A stretch of 64,000 bases of DNA from Pocillopora damicornis. Its lineage: Eukaryota. The DNA lies in contig NW_020844270.1 of NCBI RefSeq assembly GCF_003704095.1, forward strand, positions 248,001 to 312,000, written 5' to 3'. The position numbers and the translations under genes were made by a program. Positions 53,801-64,000 of this stretch are shown one piece after another. The first letter of the stretch is position 1; the number at the start of each line of letters is the position of its first letter. Below the pieces are notes generated by a model, which saw only the letters and a program-made list of their open reading frames with translations, was not told the origin of the DNA and ran no database searches.

Positions 53801-55802
53801 ATTATTTTATTACTTAGAAGTCATAACATCTATCATTTTCTATTTTCAAATTCAAGTTATATTCACATAACGTGAAATTTTCCTTTTTTTTTCACACGAC
53901 TCCACAAGCTTATAGCTTAAAATATTATCGTGCACAAATAAAGGTCATCATAAAAGTTATCAAAACACAAGGACCAAACTGCATCATCATCGTTGTTGTT
54001 GGTTATTATCGAAGGCTTTTCCCTAGCGCATCCATAAAAACATTGATATGCCATATTAAAATGCATCTTTCAAATTCAAATATGCCAAGTTTGGCTGACA
54101 AGTAGCCTGTCTTAGCTGATCTTCCCAAACAATTGTTGATAGAGAAAGAGCTTCCAGCAGCGAATCGTCTGACAATAAGAAGAAAGCTAACAATCTAAGT
54201 ATTGACAGTATGATCACCGGAAAAAAAATAAAAATGAAGATGAAAATGTGCGAATCTCAATCCCTACGCTCTCACANNNNNNNNNNNNNNNNNNNNNNNN
54301 NNNNNNNNNNNNNNNNNNNNNNNNNNNNNNNNNNNNNNNNNNNNNNNNNNNNNNNNNNNNNNNNNNNNNNNNNNNNCTTGTAGTAATTCTGATATATTCG
54401 GTTCAATAGAAAGACTTCACTGCAGGGCAGCAAGAATTGTATTTAATCTGTCTAAAGACTTATCATATGACATCATCTGACGTGTTTAGATATGACCGGT
54501 GGCCTACACTTTTTTTGTATTATAAATTAGACATCTTCAGGCTTTTCTACAAAGGCTATAGTGCCACTGTCCCGGACTCACTGTCTGAAAACATCCTTCA
54601 ATGTCGCTAAAATGGTTACTCTGGTTACTAGTATTCAGGTTCCAAACAAGATACGTAAAAGACTCGCTCAAATATCGCGGTTCTGTGTTATGGAACACTG
54701 TTTGCTACCATAAACAAGAACTTGGACGCTCAAGTCTCAATAATCTGAAAAAAACGCCTACTCGCCAGAGACTACTTTAAGGAATTCTAATTTGACATAC
54801 TTTCCGCATCTACTGCTCGCCTTATACATGCCGATTTTTTTTATTTAGAAGTCATAATATATATCATTTTCTATTTTCAAATTCAAGTTATATTTACACA
54901 ACGTGTAATTTTCCTCTTTTTGTCACACGACCCCTCAAGCATGTGGCTTAATGTTAATGTTATCGAAGCACAAGGACCAAAATGCATCATTCCGATTCCA
55001 CTCTCCACAGAAAACCGACAAAAAAGGTCATTACGTTCTAGTGATATCGTTGTCGTTGGCTATTATCGAAGGCTTTTCCTCAGCGCATCCGTAAAAGCAT
55101 TGGTATGCCATGTTAATATGCATCTTTCAAATTCAAATATGCCAAGTTTGGCTGACAAGTAGCTTGTCTTGGCTGATCTTCCCAAACAATTGTTGAAAGA
55201 GAAAGTGCCATTAGCAGCGAATCGTCTAATAAGATAGAGAGAGCTAAAAATCTAAGTATCAACGGTTTGATTACCGGAAAAAATAAAAATAAAGATAAAA
55301 ATGTGCGAATCTTAATCCTTACGCTCTCACATCTTTCGCGAGAACGTAATTTACAAAAACAAATGGTGCGATTTTACACCGTTACTGATTCCAGTATAAG
55401 TAAGGAATAGCTTCCCAAATATAGTTTGTACTGTCGTCAATCCAAAATAATCTGAAAAACTACGAAAGCGTCGAATTCTCACTAATGGAGCATTAGTTTT
55501 ACTCACGAATTTAATTAACAGACGAAGTCTGTTGTCATCATCTTTGTGGGTTTATTTTGCCGAAAATGAATTATGATATGAGAGAAAAGAAAAATTCTGA
55601 TTGGACGCTATTACCACCTGTGCCACAAAGCCTCATTTCCAGGGTCCTCTCTTTTCCTCCCTCGATAACGAGGTTGAATTATGTTTAAACCAAGTCGTAC
55701 TGGATCATTGAATGATAAGTCACGATAAAATAATCATAGATAACTTTTGGGGATCAATTTGTCAAATAATTCCGTAATAATCTTCATTTCCCTTCTTTTC
55801 AG

Positions 55803-57312
55803 TAGTTCTGGCCATTACCTGCTACACTTGCATACCAAACCCACCGACTGTGGCATGCACAACACTGGGTGATTTGAATGTCACCGATTGTGACGCGGAT
55901 CCGAATATACCATCTGGTATGGCTGACGTGTGTTTCAAAGTGTTAACTGTGGTGAAAAGGGGACAAATGGGACAAATGACTATGAATATGTTTAGCTGTG
56001 GAATGAAGGTAAGCTTTGATCCTGCGCAGTTAAAATTTGGCTGTTTTCGCTAAACTGGTTAAGTTAACTAACATTATATAAGATAAAGTTTTTAAAATTC
56101 GATAAAACTAAGATTTCGTCTCGTCATTTCGGCGTTATCACAACGCCTTTGAGAGTAGATAAAAAAGGAAGAAAAGCGAAGTGACTGTTTCAGTGGATGG
56201 AGTGGAGGTACAGGGAGCATAGCTAGGGGGGTGGCCCGGGGGTTTAGTATAAATAGGGGGTGGTCCTGTGGTGGCGCTTGGATATGGTGTGGTCCGGGGG
56301 TAATGTGACCCTTGTCTATTTCAGATAGGTTTGGCTTTCGGTCTATTCCATAAAAATCTTCTGTAGTTCAGGTTCGCGAGAACGTGCTTACCCGAAGAAT
56401 CTTTATAGCAAAGACCCTATAAGGTTCTAGGTACCCCATTTGCCTGTCCTTCTTACCGCGTGAGCTCAGATGAACTCGAGCTCAATGATACACATGAAAG
56501 AGCAGCAGTGTAAGCCACTTTCATGTAAGATGCGCAGAACTACGCCTTTGTGATGGTGTGGAACAATTTCAAAACAGTCGTAGCTTAATTAAGAATTTCG
56601 ACACGGTTTGAAACTGTTCTGAAATAATTTATTGTGCATCAATCTGGGCAAAGAGATGAATCACTTGTAAACAATCAAGGTTCTCGCACAAATCTCGTTG
56701 CCATTAAACAATTGAGAAGCGCGGATAAGTGTTTCAATGTAAGAGCAAGGGGTGGGATGGGGAGCACAATAATAATTTTAATCTAACAGGTTGCGAACAA
56801 ACAAGTTTGTTTTATGATAAAATATTTTTACGATGATACGAAAGCTTTGACTGTTTCTTCCCCCTCTCTTAGCTGACTCCTTAAAAATGTTCATAAAAAA
56901 TCACTCTTTTCGACTCTTGTTATCATTTATTTTCTTTTTTCTTATTTCAATCTTTACACAGTCAATGTGCCAAGACCTCCAGGCAAAGTCTTGCAATGCC
57001 TCACAACTGCAACCTGGAATGACCTTTAAAAAATGCGAAGCCACGTGCTGTGAGCAGAGCAAATGCAACGGGCTTGCAAACAGCACCTCGCCAAGTGTAA
57101 ACGCCTCGCCAAGTGTAAACGCCTTGCCAAGTGTCAACGCCTCGCCAAGTGTAAACGCCTCACCAAGTGGCCCGGCAACTAGTATTCCTGTAAAAACTAC
57201 GGCCACAGGAACCCCACCAAAACCTACCAGTGGTGCCACAGCATACAACAAAGTTGTATTATTTGCCACCATCTTTAGAAGCGTACTCTATGTGCTTTTT
57301 TTCGTGTACTGA
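55803..57312 (+). CDS. Ly6/uPAR paralog E, exons 2-3 (4-unit stalk); leader exon not assembled upstream
   Basis: Exons 55803-56008 (VLAITCYTCIPNPPTVAC...SCGMK) and 56962-57312 (SMC...CCEQSKCN-(PSVNAS)4-GPI signal); inverted duplicate of gene C exons and introns. Confidence 0.85.
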
Positions 57313-57912
57313 CTTTGAGCAGTGATCATTGTTAGAGTGCTAAAAACAAGGCTAACCAGGTGCTAGAATGTGTTTGTTTAGGAAGGTCACTTTCAGTGTA
57401 TAAGTATATAATATAAGTTTTTGTTTTTGTATGTTTAACATTATAGTCAATAGTTCTTAAAGTATTTTAGCATAATTTAAACACGATTCTTAGGAAGACC
57501 ATTTAAAATGATATGATTTCGTGTATAAATAAAGATTGATGATGATGATAATGATGTGTGTTCATTTTCAATACATAGATAATCAATAATCAAAATTTGG
57601 GACTTGAGACGTAATGTTTTCCTTATACAGATTTTCGGTTTGATGTGGCACCCACAAATACTTTTACAGTGTTCATTATAGCTGCTATTCCTTTGGCCTG
57701 ATAGGATTTCGTCAATCTATCTTGATCATCAGATTATTTTCTATAAAAGTAAAAGTTTGTGAGAATTAATTTACATCAGTTACCCTGTTTGGCACGGCCA
57801 TGATAAAAAGCAAACATGAACAGTGACTTAGAATTTTCCAGTCGGCGACCCAAACGTTTTTATCAAGACAAAATACATTGTGACGACTTATAATTATCGT
57901 ACTTGCAGATTT

Positions 57913-58400
57913 CTAATGTACAATTTTGGAGTTAGGTTCCTTAACAATACGTTGATAAAAAAAAAAGTATTTGAGGGCCGGGAGACCTTCGCCATTGGGA
58001 ATGACAGTATGGAGAGATGTAATATTCATCACAGAAAGAAATCTGTTTAGGCCAAGGAAATTAAAGTCGTGAAAAATTTCAAGTGCGTTTCGGCTTTCTT
58101 TAATGTATGATGGTAAAGTTTTGACGATAACAGCCATAATTTTGTCTAAATAACTGGAAATAATTTCGGTGAGACAACTGCAGGTAGGGACCATGGGTCG
58201 AGCTGGGTTGTTAGGTTTGTGGATTTTATGTAACAAGTAAATACACGAAGTTCTAGGAGTGGTAATGGTAAGATTTTTTGCAGTGGCCGGCAATTCTTGT
58301 TTAGCGATAAGATCAGTAATCGTGTTTGTAACAATATTTTGGTTGAGGGAGAGAGATCTTTGTCAACTTTTCCACGAAAACAGGTGTCAGAAAATAGTCG
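57913..58400 (-). mobile_element. Penelope-like RT fragment, paralogous to 50300-50780
   Basis: PATAKNLTITTPRTSCIYLLHKIHKPNNPARPMV...SSYLDKIMAVIVKTLPSYIKES; same position relative to a Ly6 leader exon as the 50.3-kb copy. Confidence 0.8.
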
Positions 58401-58600
58401 CAAAGCTTCTTTTTGGTAAAGGTCGGCCCGTCAAAAAATGACTGCCACCAACACCCCTCCCTTCCCCCCAGAATTGGACAATTTCCGATTAACACTTCCG
58501 CCTGTCGAGTCTACAAGGTTAGTTTGCATTAGCGGCTGCCTTCGAACGTAGTTTCAAACTTCAATCCCGACGGAGGTGCTTTCACTTGACGCTCTTCAAG

Positions 58601-58649
58601 ATGAACGGCTATCTTCTGTGCATTTTGCCATTGTTCGCTCTACCAAACG
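58601..58649 (+). CDS. Ly6/uPAR C-subfamily leader (signal peptide) exon, extra copy 1
   Basis: MNGYLLCILPLFALPN + G|gttagt; near-identical to 50183-50135. Confidence 0.7.
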
Positions 58650-59039
58650 GTTAGTGAATTGCCGTTTGAATTTGCATTGAATTCTTGCGATAGTTAGTTA
58701 GTCTAGCAAGTTATGGAAGTACTTAAATTATGACCCAGTTATGGCAATTAATCAACGAAGGAATTTGCTTGGACATTTCTGAGTGTTGTTAAGACTCGCA
58801 ATAGCAATTGAGCCAAAACTGGTTAACTATACTCGAAAGAAAAATATCCTAAAAAGCGATTGAACACAAACTAATCAAAGGTTAATTGTCGCCGTTTGGT
58901 TTAATAATTATTGAGTGTGAATCTAATCTACTGAAATTTATTTACAAACGGCTTGCGTCTGTAAAATAAAAAGTAACATCGCATTGTTTCATAATCTGTG
59001 GCTTTTTCTCTTCTACTATTCAGGCGATCACACTCGTCA

Positions 59040-59262
59040 GAGAAATGCGTCCAAGAGGAAGATAATCGGTGTGCGCGATCGAGCATGGTTGTCGATAAGC
59101 TCCGTTTATAACGATTGCCTACATGGCTTTGATAGTTTAATAGTAGACCTGTGTTAGTTGGTTTTCACATAAAACTTGGTTTCCACTTGGGTGCACAGTT
59201 AAGTAGCTGAGTGCCAAGGAAAGGAAGCATGCCGTTCTTTTTTACCTCCATGGTGAATTTGG
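59040..59262 (-). mobile_element. second Penelope-like fragment (RT thumb region)
   Basis: KFTMEVKKNGMLPFLGTQLLNCAP...KPTNTGLLL...TMLDRAHRL, with frameshifts. Confidence 0.7.
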
Positions 59263-59569
59263 CCTTTGGCGTCATATAGACCCCAAAACGTCGGTTCCTA
59301 TTGCTATTTTTTACGTGTTTATGTGTAACTAAATTATTGAAAAGGAAATGGCAGATATTTTCTAGGTTTAAGGCTCCGAAATTTGTCCAATCCAAAGTCT
59401 CTGGGAATATTTGGTCATGTTGTGTAGGTCTTTCGTTAGTTCCGCTAACATCGGAAAATTTCCGAGTAACACTTCGGCCTTTCGGGTCAACATCATCAGT
59501 TTATATACATTGGGCGTGTTGTCGAAGTTCAATTCCCGACAGCGGTGCTTTCACTTGACGCTCTTCAAG

Positions 59570-59618
59570 ATGAACGGCTATCTTATGTGCATTTTGCCAT
59601 TGTTCGCTTTTCCAAACA
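59570..59618 (+). CDS. Ly6/uPAR C-subfamily leader exon, extra copy 2
   Basis: MNGYLMCILPLFAFPN + A|gtcagt; flanks 59530-59910 are the reverse complement of ~49850-50225. Confidence 0.65.
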
Positions 59619-60198
59619 GTCAGTGAATTGTCGCTTGAATTCGCATTGAATTCTTGCGATAGATATTTTATTCTGACAAATTATGGTAAAGTTTAAAGTA
59701 GGGCAACGTAGGAAAGGGTTTGCTAAACAATTGGGAATGTTGTTTAGACTAGAACTCAGAATAGCTGACTCAAGGTAATCCATAGTCCAAAAAAAGGGAT
59801 TGTAAACAAAGTAATCAAAAGTCGATTTTCGCTGTCGCGCTGTTCAACGTTGGCTTTTTAATAACGAGTGTGAACTTTGAATCGCGCCGACTTCACGGGT
59901 GTAAATTGACACAAAGAAAATANNNNNNNNNNNNNNNNNNNNNNNNNNNNNNNNNNNNNNNNNNNNNNNNNNNNNNNNNNNNNNNNNNNNNNNNNNNNNN
60001 NNNNNNNNNNNNNNNNNNNNNNAATTTTGGCCGACTTCTGGGAGTAAACATTTGTTTTCCTTAAATTTCACGCTTGAGAAGTCATTACCAAATGACGATC
60101 ATATGACACAGGAAAAAAAAAATTCCTTTCCTCGTTTCCAGTCTCTCATTGTCTATCTGAAATCTCGACTAGTAACTTTGACCCTGTCAAACTCAGTC

Positions 60199-63030
60199 AT
60201 GGCGGCCTGGTGGTATGCCTTCGTCGTCCTACTTTTTAGTGGTATTTCTGTCGTTGTTAGCGGAAAATGCCCTTGTGAAGATCCGTCATTATGCGACACA
60301 ATCTCAAGACCGCCAGGAAAAGAATTCCTAATGTTTTCCACTAAGCCGAACGATTGGAGAAAATACGATTGGGGAAAAGTGACGACGATTGCACTGTTTC
60401 GACCATGGGATGATGAACTGATGTGCGAAGCTCACAAGAGAGTAAGTGTTGGAGCGATTTATTTAATTGATTGCTCATGGAGTTTTTTAAACCTCCAAAA
60501 AAAATAGGATAAGAAACTCAAGGAAGCGTTTTATTAGGACAAAGACTTGTCGGGTCATGTTCCGAGGGATATGACAGGCTGTGACTTCATTTGCATGGAA
60601 TTTTCCGAGAATCTAAACATCACCAAGCGTTAGAATGGTTCTCTAACCGTAACAAGGTTGAACACGTTGAGAAAACTTGGATTTCTTCTATTCGATCAAC
60701 TTATTTCCTTTACTTAATTTGATTAATTTCATTTTTCAATTTCATTGTACACATATACATACATATACTTTTGGTGAGGCAGGTCGAGCTGTTTTCCTTG
60801 CCTTTTTATTTGATTTATTGATATAGCAACAATGCATGTGTCCAGCCTAATGGTGTGGTAAACTCGCTAAGCTTTAGTGTGGAATAGCAACTTTTTTTCC
60901 TTGTTTGCTTGTTCACAAGTATTTCGTTGCATGAAGCATTTTAAGTGAAAAATGTGCTAACAGAAATTCCTATACAAGAGCCAAAAACCTGAAGTTGTGT
61001 TTCTAACCAACTGTTTTTGATCCAGAAATCAAATGCACTTGTTGAATTTTGATTGGGTTACCTTGGATATGTGTTTTTTGAAACATTTTAGTTCCCAATA
61101 TTTTTTGTAGAGAATTTATGCCCTCAAGGGTTGAGATACAATGCAGTGCAATAAGATATGGTGGCACAAGCTATTTGGTCAGGAATGTTAACAAGTCATA
61201 TACCTTATGTATTACTGTGGCATTAATTTCCAGGGAGTACGAGTTGTTTTGGCAGCAAATTTTCCGACAGAAAAACTTAGCAGCAAGGAAATAAGGACAA
61301 AGTGGGTGAAGAACCTAACTACTGAAGCCTTGGCCCGGCATGCCGATGGAGTCAATATTGATATTGAATCACCAATACCCAAGAGGTCCAGGGAAGTCAC
61401 ACTGCTCACAAAGCTGGTTAATGAAACTGCAACAGCCTTCCGTGCTGCAGTCAAAAATGCACAGGTAATCACTTGAAATGAATCATCACTATGAATGAAA
61501 CACTTTGGGCCAAGTTTTTTGGGAGCATAATTAGGGCTAGTCCATAGTAATATACTGCTCAATCCTTTGAATCCCATGAATGACCAACATAGAATTTCTC
61601 TGTACAGTATCAGTACAATCTCAAGCAGACAAGTTTTTTGTTACAAGAAGCAAGTTCTCAAGTAGTTGTGGTGACAAAAGAGTCATTGGCAGTCAAATCA
61701 TATAAATCCATCACTTTTATAATAAAGATATTGACAATAATACATAAGATTTTTCACTGTTACCCCATTGTCGGTAAATAAACATAAGAAGTTAGAACTA
61801 CCTTGAAACTGTATATCAGTTTCTAATTGTTCATTTCAGATATCTTTTGATGTAGCATGGTCTCCTGACTGTGTTGATGGACGATGTTATGATGCAGAAG
61901 CTCTTTCTCAAGTGGTGGATTTTCTTGTTGTAATGGCATATGATGAGCAGAGTCAGATCAAAACTGGAGATTGCATAGCAAAGGCAAACTCACCCTTGAA
62001 ACAAACAGAAGCTGGTAAATGCTTAATTTTTACAAATTAAATGTCTTGCCTATTTAATTGGAGAAAATTTTTGTAGCATGCTGTAGAATGAGGAGAATTG
62101 AGATTTAAGTTCTTGTATACATTGTAAATCACTCCCTCAAACCTTTGCAATTGGTTGAATAGTTTTTATTCTGTACATATTTTTTTTGTCTACAGCAACC
62201 GAATTCACCCTTCCTCAATCCCCTTCCATTTGAAAGGGTATATGGAAGGGTGAATGCCCACAATCCAACTTGGAAAATTTTGGCCAAATTTTTTTCAAGC
62301 CATTGGTAAAAAAGTTTGTCATTCAAGTATATTTCACTGGTGATGTGCCAGATATGTAGAGCAAAGAATTTTATGCTAACCATTTAATGCCTGGATGTTT
62401 AAAGCTCAGTTTTTTCAATCTGACATCATCACCTTGGTTGAAGGTAACTTAAAAAGAGTGCAAGCTTTCATTTTGATATGAACAGACCTTTACTAATCAA
62501 AATAAATTTCAAATTTATTTCTTATTGTGCAAAGGAACTGTACTGATATCAGGACCTGTTTTTTCTTGCCTTACTTTCCAGCACTGGAAGAATATTTAAG
62601 TCTTGGAATCAGACGAGAGAAACTGGTGCTTGGCTTACCATGGTATGGGTATGACTACCCATGTTTGGAACTGGTTGACAACAGGATCTGCAAGATTAAG
62701 CATGTTCCATTCCGAGGAGTAAACTGCAGTGATGCTGCTGGCAGACAGATTGAGTATGCAGAAATTATGGACCTGTCTGTCAGCAGAGCATCCTCTGGTC
62801 CCCAGAAGGATGAAGATTCTGAGTCATACTTTTTCAACTATGAGGACAGTGTGGGTGGAAAACACCAGGTTTGGTTTGATAATCCTGACAGTTTGAAAAT
62901 AAAGTATGATTTTGCTGCTAAGGAAAATTTGACTGGCATTGCCATTTGGAATGCAGACTTGTTGGACTACAGTGACATCCCAAGAGCTATGTTGGAAACC
63001 AAGAAAATGTGGGATGCTTTGCATCATTGA
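60199..63030 (+). CDS. CTBS: di-N-acetylchitobiase (lysosomal GH18), 365 aa, 4 exons
   Basis: Exons 60199-60441, 61234-61464, 61840-62014 and 62582-63030 total 1098 nt, in frame. Signal peptide, CPCEDPSLC, YDWGKVTT, GH18 catalytic DGVNIDIE, ISFDVAWSP, VMAYDEQSQI, KLVLGLPWYGYDYPC, HQVWFDNPDSL, WNADLLDYS. Confidence 0.96.
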
Positions 63031-63552
63031 ATTACACATTTGAAGCATTTCAAAGCTTAACCTGTTGAGATCTCTGCTTTTTAAATTATGCATGCCTAGA
63101 TTCGTGACAACCATACTAGAACCAAAGTATTGTGTTGATTGAATTTTGAATCCAGTCATGATTTTGCCTTTTTAACATCAAGCACAAACAACTGTTCTCT
63201 GATCTTACTGTCGACAAATTAACACTTTATAATTATTCACCTTTTTTTTTCTAATTTTCCCTGATTCATTTTATTCTTCAAGCCCAATTATTATGGGTGC
63301 AAGTCTCAATTTTTTCATAAAGGGAGTCTCCTTTTCATGCCCATTTGCCCATAAACAAAGCCCAAAATATCTCATGTTCTACTGCAACCCAAAAAAAGAA
63401 AGTTGATTTTTTTTCTTGTAAATCTGGAATTGATGTACCAGTAGATTGCATCAATTAGGTTTAACTTTGAACATCAGCTCTAACATTTTGAATGAAATTT
63501 TTGTCCTCAAGAGGGAGGCAGAAACAAGTTAAGCAGTGACAGCACTAGCCTC

Positions 63553-63778
63553 TTAACCCTTAAAACTTTCTGAACTGATTTACATGTAACTTCTCTGTAC
63601 AAAATTAACACATTTTCCAGCACACAAGTGATGAGAATCAACAAAATCATCATCTAGACAGGGTTTTTCCTAATGAGACTAAATTCTCAGTACCACTTTC
63701 CAAGGAATTTTACAGCAGATACAACATGTAGTAGGAAAAATTACTGAATGAATCAGAAGGTGAAAGTTGGAAGGTTAA
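63553..63778. mobile_element. TTAA-bounded non-autonomous DNA element (degenerate)
   Basis: ttaaccctta...aaggttaa ends; internal gatgagaat...aaattctc motifs shared with 38175-38380. Confidence 0.5.
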
Positions 63779-64000
63779 CAGTTTTATGCACCATTAGATC
63801 ATGAAGGATTGATCTTGGATTGCATGCAAGAGCCAGTTGTCTGGAGTCCTGATGGCTGATGGTTTCAAGTTTCAAACAGATATTTATGCTATATTAGTAC
63901 AACTTGTTACATAAGAGAAAACGTGTTTTTGTCCATTCAAAAATGAAAAATCAAAGTATATTTTTAAGTATCAAATAGTTGATATGTAATCAGAAAATAG

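Larger units (their letters stand above)
47692..60022. other. five assembly gaps (47692-47831, 49587-49686, 52535-52634, 54277-54376, 59923-60022)
   Basis: Runs of N; four are exactly 100 nt (unknown-size placeholders). All lie inside or at the edge of the duplicated Ly6 block. Confidence 0.98.

Noticed and set aside
35017-57312. Interpretation as secreted three-finger venom toxins
   Set aside because: Every copy ends in a hydrophobic GPI-type signal, pointing to membrane-tethered proteins.
47625-60071. ORFs containing X runs
   Set aside because: They span assembly gaps and carry no information.

Overview
Intron-rich, AT-rich eukaryotic DNA. The repeat families (Penelope-like elements with hammerhead cores, tRNA-derived SINEs, Crypton relics, MITEs) and the gene content suggest a cnidarian, probably a stony coral (inference). 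Spliced gene models were assembled by hand from GT-AG junctions and frame continuity. Left to right: the 5' part of an SLC22 organic-cation transporter (-, runs off the window), MRI1 (-), a secreted single-VWA protein (+), a PAN/apple-like + pentraxin protein (+), a LicD/fukutin-family nucleotidyltransferase encoded essentially by one exon (+), an array of GPI-anchored Ly6/uPAR (three-finger) genes at ~35-59.6 kb, and di-N-acetylchitobiase CTBS (+). The most striking feature is the Ly6/uPAR array. It has two old, divergent paralogs plus a young, segmentally duplicated subfamily with a 12-Cys domain, diverging finger-2 residues and an 18-bp (PSVNAS)n stalk of 11, 4 or 1 units. It also has extra leader exons, and five N-gaps make its order and orientation uncertain.
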